This document shows, piece after piece, positions 49,813-61,585 of a stretch of 64,000 nucleotides of DNA. The position numbers were made by a program, and so were the translations under genes. The notes beneath the pieces were generated by a model that saw only the letters and a list, made by a program, of their open reading frames with translations, did no database searches and was not told the origin of the DNA. Origin of the DNA: Malacoraja senta (lineage: Eukaryota); assembly GCA_038087875.1 (NCBI GenBank), contig CM075989.1, positions 8,806,001 through 8,870,000 of the forward strand, read 5' to 3'. The stretch's first letter is position 1; each line of letters begins with the position of its first letter.

Positions 49813-50789
49813 TGTCCTTCTGATAGTGGGAACACGCTACGTGTCACCACGGTGACGATGCATCAAAGGAACGACTTCATGGTTGTGAAATGCAAGATTT
49901 GGTGCGGAGGTGGGGTGGGGGAGTTTGGGGGGTGGGGGAGTTTGGTCGGTTGTCTGAGGTTTTCTCACACAACGTGCGGCTCCAGAGCAACACTGACGGA
50001 GCACATCCAAGGCCGAGTAACCGCTGAGTGTGGGATCAGCCGGAGAGCCGGGCCCAGCTGCTGGGAGAAGCAGGCGGCCTGGATCTGTGCCCAAGGTTGA
50101 AGCAGCACACAGTAGGCACAGCTGTGGGCAGCGTGTGACAGAGAGACCTGCACTGTGAGAACCCAGATGCTGCAAGGCCCAAGTATGAAAACATTCCCCT
50201 TGTCAGACCGGAGAGAGCGGGGGCTGCACTAGTCCACACCTCCCTGAGCCTGGGGTTAGTATTCAGACCAGTCTGAAGAAGGGTATCGACCCGAAACGCC
50301 ACCCATTCCTTCCCTCCAGAGATGCTGCCTGTCCCACTGAGTTACTCCAGCTTTTTGTGTCTACCTGGTGTTGGTTCATAAGGGTGGGGTGGCTTCACGA
50401 TGGGGTGGGGAGAGGCTGTGGATCTTGCATCTCGCCTGGGTATCCACGAGCAAAGCCCCAGCCTGCTCAATGACGGTGGAGCAATGGGCAGCACAACACA
50501 ACCCAGCTCACGGTGGAACTCTCTGCCACTGAAGGCAGTGGAGGCCAATTCACTGGATGTTTTCAATAGAGAATTAGATTTAGCTCTTAGGGCTAAAGGA
50601 ATCAAGGGATATGGGGGATAAAAGCAGGAATGGGGTACTGATTTTGGATGATCAGCCATGATCATATTGAATGGTGGTACTGGCCCAAAGGGCCGAATGG
50701 CCTGCGATCACCCATGCACTAGATCTATCCTACACACTAGGGACAATTTACAGAAGCCAATTAACCTACAAACCTGCAGGTGACTTAAA

Positions 50790-51077
50790 CTTTAGGCTTG
50801 GAAACAGGCCCTTCGGCCCATCGGGTCCGTGCTGACTGGCGATCATCCCGTACACTATCCTACACTCTAGGGACAATTTACAACTTTACCGAAGCTCATT
50901 AACCTACAAACCTGTACGTCTTTGGAGTGTGGAAGGAAACCGGAGACCCGGAGAAAACCCACGCACTCGCAGGGAGAACGTATGAGCTCTGTACAGACAA
51001 GCACCCGTAGTCAGGATCGAACCAGGGTCTCTGGCTCCGTAAGGCAGCAACTCAACCGCTGTGCCACTGTGCCACCC
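50790..51077 (-). mobile_element. HE1/V-SINE-type SINE
   Basis: Reverse copy. Confidence 0.8.
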
Positions 51078-52019
51078 GGAAGGTGTTTGGAAAGTGATGG
51101 GTTCAAATGGTTAAATCAGCTACATTTAGTTCTGCGTAGGAAGGAACTGCAGATGCTGGGTTCCATCAAAGATAGACACAGAATGGTGGAGTAACTCAGC
51201 GGGACAGGCAGCATCTCTGGAGGGAAGGACATTTAGATCTACCTCTATCTGACCCCCCCCCTCACAACCTCCTCTGTCCCGAGGAGAACAATCCTGGCAT
51301 CTCTAATCTATCCACAGAACCAGAATCCCTCAAAGCTGGAATTGTTTTAGTAAAATCCGTCTGCACTGTCTTGAAAGCTTTCACATCTTTCCCAAAGGGT
51401 GGCTGCCAGAACTGAACACAATTCTCCAATTGTGGCTGGACTCATGTTTTATACAGATTCTTCCTGACTTGCATGCTCTTTTATTCTGTGTGATTGTTCA
51501 TGAAGCTTGGGGTCCTGTGAGCGATATTTCAGCTATTTCCTCAAGTCTGAACTATGCACCCCCCCTCCCCCCCTCCCCCCCTGCTCTTGTACCACTTTAG
51601 GCCTCTTCGAGATTGCCCCTTCCCATTTTGTTGGCGGGGGCAGATGCTCCAGTAGGCCGGGGTTTGTTGGTGGGAAGCCAACAGGCCGAGCCGGCCCCTG
51701 CTAGTTCCCCGCGGTGGGACGCACTGATGACAGAGGCGATGGGCGAGGAGCAAGGCCGGTCGGAGAGGGTCTGGTCTACCGCGCCCTCAAGGTCGGCTGC
51801 GGGAGGCATCCCCTGGGCACAACGGTGGACGGGCGAGGAGAGGGACGCCCGCTCGCTGGTCGATCCACGCGTCCAAGGAAGGTACTGGCTGGAGGCCCAC
51901 AGCAGCCTGGGATTCGCCTGGTACGGGCACCGCTCATAACAACTGGAGCGCAGACTAGACTTTGGCGCCTCTTGCACGCGGGCTCGGTGCACTATTTCTG
52001 TCCACTTTGCCAATTTGAG

Positions 52020-52205
52020 GTTGACATAAAGAGCTGGAGTAACTCAGCTGGTCAGGCAGCATCTCTGGAGAAAAAGGATGGGTGACGTTTCACGTCGGGA
52101 CCTTCCATCAGACTGTCTGAAGAAGGGTCTCGACCCGAAACGTCACCCATTCCTTCTCTGAGATGCTGCCTGTCCCGCTGAGTTACTCCAGCGTTTTGTG
52201 TCCAA
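52020..52205. mobile_element. Palindromic Penelope-derived mini-element
   Basis: Inverted arms; intact CTGAAGAAGGGTCTCGACCCGAAACGTC at 52117-52144. Confidence 0.8.
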
Positions 52206-52377
52206 CCAAGAGCTGAGAGAGTTTGAGCTTCAAAAATAATCCTCGCCTGGTTCCTTTGTTTTCAGATCTGTATAAGACGTTGGCACCGATCCCTACGTCC
52301 TGGACACTGTGCAGAGTATCCCCTGCCGGCCTGGTCTTGGTGGCCATGGGGCACGTTGCGGTGGAAACGCCACTTAC

Positions 52378-52578
52378 CTGGTCCAGTGGGATGACCACGA
52401 AGGTGCCTCCACCGGCAGACTCGGTGACGATGGCGAGAAACCTGGGGTTGATGGCACAGAAGTGGTTGTCGTGGACGTTCTTGGTGATGGAGATGCCGTC
52501 GAAGCAGTGCTCCCGGCTGGCCGCCTTGCCGTAAACATTCCGGAACTTGGAGCTGCGGTACTGCGGACGCCATGACAT
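52378..52578 (-). CDS. CORO2B: Coronin-2B, N-terminal coding exon (201 bp, phase 0/0)
   Basis: MSWRPQYRSSKFRNVYGKAASREHCFDGISITKNVHDNHFCAINPRFLAIVTESAGGGTFVVIPLDQ matches the CORO2B N-terminus better than CORO2A as I recall both; branch-like CACTAAT, pyrimidine tract and AG at 52580-52579; donor CAG/GTAAGT at 52377. Confidence 0.93.
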
Positions 52579-53074
52579 CTACGGAGGGAGAGCAGAGCAA
52601 ATTAGTGAAGGGTTGGGGCCTGGGCTCCAGTGGACAGGCAACTCCTGACAGCACCAAGTCCGGTCAGGGTGCAACCACGCTCCGATAATCCGGCTCGTCT
52701 GGCACTTTAGTGCTGATGGACCGGTCAATTTTCTGGAATACCAGATTTAATCCTATTAGTACACTGACCCACTTTTAGATTAGTTTAGTTTAGTTTAGTT
52801 TAGTTTGGAGCATAGTCTCACTGCGTGGAAACAGGCCCTTCGGCTCAACTTGCCCACATACCCCATCTACACTAGTCCCACCTGCCTGCATTTGGCCCAT
52901 ATCCCACTAAACCTGTCTTATCCATGTACCTGTCTAAATGTTTCTTAAGCATTGCCTCCACCACCTCCTCTAGCAGCTCGTTCCATACACTCACCATCCT
53001 TTGTGTGAAAAAGTTACGCCTCAGGTTCCTATTAAATCTTTCCCATCTCACCTTTAGTTTAGTTGGGGGGTTTT

Positions 53075-53340
53075 ACGATACAGCATGGAAACAGGCCCTT
53101 CGACACACCATTCTATGGTATCCCACTTTTCCATCCTCCAGACTGGGTGCAATTTACAGAAGCCAATTAAACCTACAAATTTACATGTCTTTGGAATGTG
53201 GAAGGAAACCGGAGCACCCGGAGGAAACCCACACGGTCACAGGGAGAACGTACAAACTCCATACAGACAGCACCCATAGTCAGGATCGAACCTGGGTCTC
53301 TGGGCCTGTAAGGCAGCAACTCCACCACTGCGCCACTGTG
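53075..53340 (-). mobile_element. HE1/V-SINE-type SINE
   Basis: Reverse copy adjoining a reverse CR1 tail (about 52800-53055). Confidence 0.8.
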
Positions 53341-55284
53341 ACGCACAACGTTTTCTTACATATCACATGGTTTATTGGATATTTTCCAGTGAAACAGCCG
53401 AGATTTAAGGGGGACATATTTAAGCGACTGTAGATGTGGGGAATCCTGAGGAGAGGTGCTGTTGGAATGGTCAGCAGGTCAGGCAGCATCTGTGGAAAGG
53501 ATGCACAGGTGACGTTTCTGGTCAGGACCCTTCTTCTGACTGTGAAACAGTGAGTTTAAGGGAAGGATGGGAATGTGCTCCTGCCGTTTAATGGGTTGGA
53601 GGGGGTGGAGCCTAGAAGAGTTGCAAGGGAATGGGACCTTGGTGATTTTAAAGGGCGCAAGAGGACAGGGCCAGATGTGTTTGAAGGGGGTGTGGGAACG
53701 GTGAGTTTAACATTGGAAAAAGAACCAGCTGAAGCAGACACTGAATTATTGGGTGGGAACTTCAGAAACCCCAGATAGAGAGTTGTAGAGTGTGGAAGCA
53801 GGCCCTTTGGCCCACCTTTTCCATGCTGTCCAAGTTGGCATTCTGGGCTAGTCTCAATTACCTGCATTTAGCCCCTAGTCCCCTAGACTCTTCCTATCCA
53901 CAAATCTGTCCAAATGTCTTTTGAAAGGTGTAGTAGTTGTACCAACTTCTATATCTTCTTCTGGCAGCTCTTTCTAGATATGACGACCCTCTGAGTGAAA
54001 AAGTTGCTCCTGAGGTTCCTGATAAATCTCTCCCCTCTCACCTTAAAACTTTGACCTCTAGTTTTAAAAATGTTCTTCTCTGGGGGAAAAAAAAGCTGTG
54101 GGCATTCACTTTCTCCATACTCCTCATGATCTTGTAGATCTCGAGAAGGTCACCCCTCAGCTTCCCTAGTGGGTCAACGTGATTTCACTGTACAGGCACC
54201 TCGCGTTTTACATGGGGCTTACCTGCTTGAAAATAATAAATACGTGACTATGCTGTCAGCGGTCAATTTGAGCACGTTATTCCAAAAATACCAGCGTGTT
54301 AATCAAGCTTTGGTATTAATGGAACAAATAAGTTATTTCAAAAACACTTAACTCAAACACTCGTAAAGTGTGAGGTGCGTGTACCACTATCCCGTCTGAT
54401 TAGTTGGTCCACGCGCAAAAAAAGCTTTTCACTGTACCTCGGTACACTTGACAATAAATGAATGAATGAATAGGTTTATTGGCCAAGTATTCACATACAA
54501 GGAATTTGCCTTGGTGCTCCGCCCGCATGTGACCACATGACATACAGTGACAGTTAGGAATGACACATAAAACATTAAACATTAACAATAAAACATTATC
54601 GATTAAACATGTGAATTGAATAAGATACCAGAGCAAAAGAAGACTACAGATGTTTGGTTATTGAGTAGAGCTACTACTCGTGGAAAAAAGCTGTTTTTAT
54701 GTCTGGCTGTGGCAGCTTTGACAGTCCGGAGTCGCCTTCCAGAGGGAAGTGATTCAAAGAGTTTGTGGCCAGGGTGAGAGGGTTCAGAGATGATCTTACC
54801 CGCTCGCTTCCTGGCCCTTGCAGTTCCCTTGGCCCTTAAACTAAACTGAACTGATTCCTTGGCATGCGTCTGACATAAGTCAAGGCACTGCAGGACTTCA
54901 AATGCCTTCCATACCGCTCTGGGTGCCCCTTCAACTACGTTGGAGTTTGAGATGGAGATTGAGTTTGAGTTAGTTCATTGTCACGTGTACCGAGGTACAG
55001 TGAAAAGCTTGTTGTTGCGTGCTAACCAGTCAGCGGAAAGGCAATACTTGATTAGTGCAGGATAAAGAGTAGTAGAGTCTGATCACAGATAGTCCGAGGG
55101 TCTCCAATGAGGTAGGTAGCATAGAAATGTGACGAGTGTTTCCCGTGCATGGAATCAGGCCATTCAGCCCAGAATTTCTTATCTCTGGCAACAAACCGTA
55201 AATCGTAGTCTCTGACACCACAGGGAAAGGCCATTTGATCCCTCTCCTCTGTACAAGCTGTTTGAAAGAGAGATCTAATTGCAG

Positions 55285-55530
55285 TGGCAGCACAATGACG
55301 CAGCTGGTAGGGCTGCTGCTCACAGCACCAGAGGCTCAGGTTCAATCCTGACCTCGAGTGCTGTCTGTGTGGTGTTTGCACGTTCTCCCTGTGACCACCT
55401 GGGTTTCCCCCGGGTGCCCCTGTTTCCTCCCACATGTAGGTTAATTAGCCTCTGTAAACAGGCACTGGGATAACACAGAGCTAGTGTGAATGGGTGATCA
55501 ATGATCAACGTGGACTTGGTGGGCAGACGA
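55285..55530 (+). mobile_element. HE1/V-SINE-type SINE, diverged
   Basis: Head and V core. Confidence 0.7.
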
Positions 55531-57721
55531 GCTTGATTTCATCTTACAGTACACTTTCACCTATCTAGTATTCATACACCTGGGATTCTCACCCACCCAT
55601 CAAAAGCTTTCTAAGAATCTGAGGCCATTTCTTTTTTTTTCCTGAAGAAGGGTGTCAACCCGAAACGTCACCCATTCCTTCTCTCCAGAGATGCTGCCTG
55701 TCCCGCTGAGTTACTCCGGCTTTTTTTTAAATGTGTAATAAGTGTGACAGGGAATGTTTTAGTTTATTTACCTTTAACGATAAGACAGTGGAGTTGTAGG
55801 CTGGTTAGCAACAACATAATCTGTGAAGATCTGGCACTTCATCAGTACAGTCCTGCTTTTGATTTTCTTTTGCTCGATTTGATCTTAATACTGTTTCATC
55901 CTAAAATATAATCTTTTTGTTTTATTTTTGATTAACATTGTTTAGTCTTAAAACGTAAAATTGCAGTCTCAAAGATTGTTGTTCAATAGGGTAAGGAGAT
56001 GACATGTAGTTCATGTGATAGGGGCAGAATTAGGCCATTCGGCCCATCAAGTCTACTCCGCCATTCAATCATGGCTGATCTATCTCTCCCTCCTAACCCC
56101 ATTCTCTGGAATTGTCTGCCAGAGAAGGCAGTGGAGGCCAATTCACTGGATGTTTTCAAGAGAGAGTTAGATTTAGCTCTTAGGGCTAACGGAATCAAGG
56201 GAGATGGGGAGAAAGCAGGAACGGGGTACTGAGTTTCGATGATCAGCCATGATCATATTGAATGGCGATGCAGGCTCGAAGGGCCGAATGGCCTACTCTT
56301 GCACCTATTTTCTATGTTTCCCCATAATTATAAGACTCCCCGAGTAATCAAGAATTTATCTAGCTCTGCCTGAAAGCTAGTTTGTCAATTTATTTAAAGG
56401 TTTATGTGTGGAATACTCATGGGTGATGTGCAGTAATGCTTTTCTTTCAGACATGCACATGCATCTAACAGCCCTCCAATCCCCACGGGCTATATAGTAT
56501 TTATGTTCCCCACTTTCTCTCAGTCCATAACATGGCAATTTTTTTCTTTTCACATATTCATCTAAATCCATTTGTTAAAAGTCTGTTGAATCCATTCCAC
56601 TGCTCTTTCAGACATAACATTCTAGATGACAAGTGCGAGTGAAAACAATTCTCCGCTGACTGCTACAGTCTCACAATGGCTCCCTTGTTACTTGGATTTG
56701 GTCGAACTCATCTTTTTCCTTCCTCACAAGGTTAAATGCATTCCCTTTCCCACAACCCAGAGGCTCTCAAAACCTAACATCCGCCCACAACATAGCATCT
56801 TCACTGTCTCCTCCCATGGTGCAGACGGAAAAGGAATGTGGGAGGAGGCTTTTCGGCCCTTCGAGCCTGTTCTGTCATTCAATGGGATCCATTTGCAACA
56901 TCTCCCCACGTACTTGTCTTGTCTCAAACCTTTCCATTAAACATAACTGAAGTCTGAAGAAGGGTCTCGAGCCGAAACTTCACCCATTCCTTCTCTCCAG
57001 AGAAGCTGCCTGTCCCGCTGAGTTACTCCAGCATTTTTTGTCCATCTTCGGTGTAAACAGCATCTGCAGTTCCTTCCTCCACATAACTATCAATCTCAGG
57101 TTTAAAATGCTGGTGATAGACTGGTGAAGAGTGATGATGGCTACAACAGGACCTCGATTAACTGTCGGGTTTTTGGAAGTCTAACATGGGCAGGACCTAC
57201 ACAGTGAAGGGTAGGGCTCTGGGAAGTGTTAGAGAGCAGGGGCATTTAGAAGTGCAGGTGCATAGTTCCTTGAAAGTGGCGTCGCAGGTAGCGTGGTCAA
57301 AAAGGCTTTTGGCACAATGGCCTTCATCTGTCAGAGTATTGAGTATAGAAGTTGGGAGGTTGCAGTTATATAAGATGTTGGTGAGGCCACATTTGGAGTA
57401 ATGTGTTAAGTTTTGGGCACCATGTTATAGGAAAGTTGTTCTCAAGATTTGAATGGGTGCAGCGAAGATTTACGAGGATGTTGCCAGGACTCGAGGGCCT
57501 GATCTATAGGGATTCTATTCATAACTGTTTTACACAAAGGGTGGTAGATATATGGAACAAGCTGCCAGAGGAGGTAGTTGTGGCAGGCACTATCGCGATG
57601 TTTAAGAAACATTTAGACAGGTACATGGATAAGATAAGTGTAGAGGTATATGGGCCAAACAAAGGCAGCTGGGAGTCAAGTGGATAGGACATATTGGTTG
57701 GTGGGCAAGTTGGACCGAAGG

Positions 57722-57942
57722 TAGACACAAAATGCTGGAGACACTCAGCGGGTGAGGCAGCATCTATGGAGAGAAGGAATTACCGACGTTTCGGGTCGAG
57801 ATCCTTCTTCAGTCTGAAGAAGGTTCTCGACTCGAAACATCGCCAATTCCTTCTCTCCATAGATGCTGCCCCACCTGCTGAGTTTCTCCAGCATTTTGTG
57901 TCTACCTTCGATTTTACCAGCATCTGCAGTTCTTTCTTAAAC
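57722..57942. mobile_element. Palindromic Penelope-derived mini-element with a 14-bp target duplication
   Basis: AGTTGGACCGAAGG at 57708-57721 and 57943-57956. Confidence 0.8.
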
Positions 57943-58500
57943 AGTTGGACCGAAGGGCCTGTTTCCACGTTGTATGTGTATAACTCTGCGACTGTATAAC
58001 TGGCAAAGTGGGCCAAGGAATGGCAGATAGAATTTAACTCAAACATGTGGAAAATTATGCCTATTGAGAAGTAAAACCAGGGTAGGACATACACAGTGCA
58101 TGGAAGGATCTCGGGGAGTCTTGTTGGGCAATGGGAAGTAGGGGTACAGGTACATTGTCCTCTGAGAATGACGACACAGGTAGAAAGGTTGGTGAAAAGG
58201 GCTCTGGCATTGAATACAATAGTTGGGATGCGATGGTACAGTTGTACAAGGTGTTGGTGTGACCACACCTGGAATATTGTGTGCAGTTCTGGATGCCTTG
58301 CTGTCGGAGGGATGTGGCTGACCTTCCACATGAGGGTGTGGAAAATGTTCGCCAGGTATTGCCAGGACTGCAGGGTTTGAGTTGTGAGGAAGGGCTGGAT
58401 AGACTGGGACCTTTATCCCTGGAGTGGGGGAGGCATACAAAATCATGAGAGGCATAGATAAGAGATTATCATACTCTTTTTCCCAGGTAGGTAAGTCTAA

Positions 58501-58786
58501 AGGGCCTTTCCCACTTACGCGACCTTTACAGGCGACTGCCGGCACCCGTGATAGGTCGTGAGAGGTCTCCGATGGTCGTGAGAGGTCTCCGATGGTCGTG
58601 AGAGGTCTCCGATGGTCGTGAGAGGTCTCCGATGGTCGTGAGAGGTCTCCGATGGTCGTGAGAGGTCTCAAAAGAGTCGTAGCGTCTTTCTGGTCGGCGC
58701 TGAATTTTCAACGTGTTGAACATTTCGGCCACCTATCACGGGTGTCGGCAGTCGCCTGTAAAGGTCGCGTAAGTGGGACAGGCCCT
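58501..58786. mobile_element. Harbinger/PIF-like MITE with an internal 20-bp tandem repeat
   Basis: 56-bp TIRs (58501-58556 versus 58731-58786, 2 mismatches); TSD TAA/TAA; removing the element restores the CR1 motif GTCTAAAACTAC. Confidence 0.85.
58554..58669. repeat. 20-bp tandem repeat (GGTCGTGAGAGGTCTCCGAT), about 5.8 copies
   Basis: Perfect head-to-tail copies. Confidence 0.95.
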
Positions 58787-58899
58787 TAAAACTACAGGGC
58801 ATAGGTTGACGGTGAGAGAGGAAAAATTCGAAGGGGACCTGAGGGAACGTTTTTTCACGCTGTGGGTGATAGGTGCATGGAACGAGCTGCCAAAGGAGG

Positions 58900-59170
58900 G
58901 TTAGAGTTACAACGCGGAAACAGGCGCTTCGGCCCACCGGGTCCGCGCAGGCCAGCAGTCATGACGCACACCAACGCTGTCCTCCACACATTTGGGGACG
59001 ATTTACAATTTTGCCTAAGCCAATTAAGGTGCGTGTTAGGAAAGCAGAGCATCTGGAGAAAACCCATGCAGACACAGGGACAACGTACAAACTCCGTTCA
59101 GACATCACCCGTAGTCAGGATCGAACCTGGGTCTCTGGTGCTGTAAGGCAGCATCTGTGCCACCGTGCCG
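58900..59170 (-). mobile_element. HE1/V-SINE-type SINE
   Basis: Reverse copy. Confidence 0.75.
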
Positions 59171-59827
59171 ACCCAAAGTAGTGCCACCCCACCACCCCAG
59201 GACGTGGCAGAGGATGTCAGCATCAACTGCACCAGAAAACACACTAAAACCCAAAGTCAATTGCGAGCATTAATTGAGACATCAATTATAAACCACTAAA
59301 ATATGTGCTCTTCAAACTCAATTACTGCTGAAATCCCACTTGAGATCTATAATTTATATCAATGCCCAGACATGCACAGGATTAGAATCATCTGTGTTTA
59401 CCCTATAGCCACATCCACCCCTACACTTGCCTAAAGCGTCATTCACAGCCCCAGGACCAAAGCACCTCTGAGGCAGTAAAGACACTTTAGATATGCAGCC
59501 ACTGTTGTAATGTGGCAGCCCATGTGTGCAGAACAAGCTCCCACTAACCACAACAATGTCAACTAATAATGGGATGGAAAGTTGTAGTTGGGCCAGTTGC
59601 ACATTTCCACCTTGGACCGTACTCCTGAAATGTTGCTCCATTACAGCCTTGGTTATATTACAGTCCCCGTTACAGTACAGCCTCGATGACAGCACAATTT
59701 TGGTTACAGCACGGGCTTGGTTACAGTAGTCTTTGTTATGGTAGTCTTCATTACAGTACAGCCTTTGTTACAATAGTCTTCCATTACAGTCTTTGTTACA
59801 GTTCAGCCTCCATGACACACAGCCTTG

Positions 59828-60426
59828 GTTACAGTACAGTCCCAGTTACAGTACAGTCCCAGTTACAGTCCCAGTTACAGTACAGTCCCAGTTACAGTCC
59901 CAGTTACTGTACAGTCCCAGTTACTGTACAGTCCCAGTTACAGTACAGTCCCAGTTACAGTCCCAGTTACAGTACAGTCCCAGTTACTGTACAGTCCCAG
60001 TTACAGTCCCAGTTACCGTACAGTCCCAGTTACTGTACAGTCCCAGTTACAGTCCCAGTTACAGTACAGTCCCAGTTACTGTACAGTCCCAGTTACAGTC
60101 CCAGTTACAGTACAGTCCCAGTTACTGTACAGTCCCAGTTACAGTCCCAGTTACTGTACAGTTACAGTTACAGTACAGTCCCAGTTACTGTACAGTCCCA
60201 GTTACTGTACAGTCCCAGTTACAGTCCCAGTTTACAGTACAGTCCCAGTTACAGTCCCAGTTACAGTACAGTCCCAGTTACAGTACAGTCCCAGTTACAG
60301 TACAGTCCCAGTTACTGTACAGTCCCAGTCCCAGTTACAGTCCCAGTTACAGTACAGTCCCAGTTACAGTACAGTCCCAGTTACAGTTACAGTTACTGTA
60401 CAGTCCCAGTTACTGTACAGTTACAG
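59828..60426. repeat. Minisatellite built from CAGTCC, CAGTTA and CAGTA/CTGTA modules
   Basis: About 600 bp of shuffled 12- and 17-bp units, with degenerate flanks. Confidence 0.95.
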
Positions 60427-61017
60427 AATAATTGCAGTCACGTTACACTTGTATTACAGTTCGGCCTCGGTTACACAGTATACAGTTGTAATCCAGTTCC
60501 ACCTCAGAGGCACGAAAGCCTCTTTTACAACATAGCCTCGGCAAAACGTTACACGTTGAATTACAGTGCTCTTCCTCATTACAGCACAGCATAAGGAAGA
60601 ATGTATTGGAATATATAGATGGGCCCAAGAATGTTTTTCTCAAGTTTATTGACAATGCAAAAAAAACGGAAATCAAAGTGTTTGTTCAAGAGACCTCACA
60701 AGGAGGTTTTCATTCACACAAAAAAATCGACCATATCTGTAAACACAGTTCCTGTCCACTGACCACTACAGGCCGTTACACACTGGAGCCGTATAGACGT
60801 CGCTAAATATATTCCCTATGGTTATTATACTTTTAAATGATACGAGACCAAGTGGGACCCATTGGGTCCCGTTCAGGTTGAAGAGTTTATTATAATACCC
60901 AAGAATTTTCCAAGAATATGCCGTACGTGTATATTAAAAATACGAATATGAAATTAAACACAAAAATGACTCAAATAAGCATTTACATATGATTAGTCTA
61001 TTTATCACTGTTTCTCT

Positions 61018-61083
61018 CGGAACCCCTAGCGACCTCTCGGGGAACCCTTTAGTGTTCCGGGGAACCCCGGTTGAGAATAGCTG
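61018..61083. mobile_element. hAT-Charlie-like terminus (one end)
   Basis: Three copies of GGAACCC, then GGTTGAGAATAGCTG; no partner end found. Confidence 0.4.
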
Positions 61084-61346
61084 CTCTAAAGTGTTTTTTT
61101 TCCTTTAGAAATGTACTGTTAAATGTACTTACAGTTTATGTTCTTTGGTGTGACATCCGCGTCTATGTGTCTGCGATGCAGCTGTCAGCAAGATTGTTCG
61201 TGAATCTGTACCTCGCCTTATGCATGTTTATGACAATAAATGCAACATTACATAGCCGTACAAGACGACGTGGAATACCGTGTACAGTTCTGCTCTCTAC
61301 TATTGGAAGGATGTCATTAAACCTGTTTGTATGCAATGTAGATTTA

Positions 61347-61585
61347 AGGGTCTGTCCCACATTCACGATCTAATTCACGACCTTTTTTACTCGTGGACAT
61401 TTTTCATCAGGCTAGAAAAATCGCCCCGACCTACTTGATGCCACGAGTACCTACGACTAGCATCACGACCTACCTACGACTTACCTACGACCTCCTACGA
61501 CCTCGTGACGACCACGCTGCGAGTACGAGTCAAGGGCAAACTCGGCAGAGGTCGTGAATTAGGTCGTGAAAGTGGGACAGGTCCT
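61347..61585. mobile_element. Harbinger/PIF-like MITE
   Basis: Imperfect TIRs of about 37 bp (AGGGTCTGTCCCAC... and ...GTGGGACAGGTCCT); flanks TTA/TTC; interior homologous to about 28883-29050. Confidence 0.75.

Larger units (their letters stand above)
57130..58885 (+). mobile_element. Degraded CR1 fragments interrupted by younger insertions
   Basis: Reads LYKMLVRPHLE, VQRRFTRMLPGL and FTQRVVDIWNKLP; hosts the 57722-57942 and 58501-58786 inserts. Confidence 0.7.

Noticed and set aside
52183..52377. Continuation of the coronin ORF to 131 aa
   Set aside because: Similarity to coronin ends at the CAG/GTAAGT donor; the rest is intron read-through.
58554..58669. CRISPR-like regular repeats
   Set aside because: The units are contiguous with no unique spacers, there are no cas genes, and the array lies inside a MITE.
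59686..60594. Three long overlapping ORFs with YSPSYS repeats reminiscent of the RNA polymerase II CTD
   Set aside because: They result from a minisatellite lacking stop codons on the + strand. The frames cycle through the same peptides and there are no true YSPTSPS heptads.
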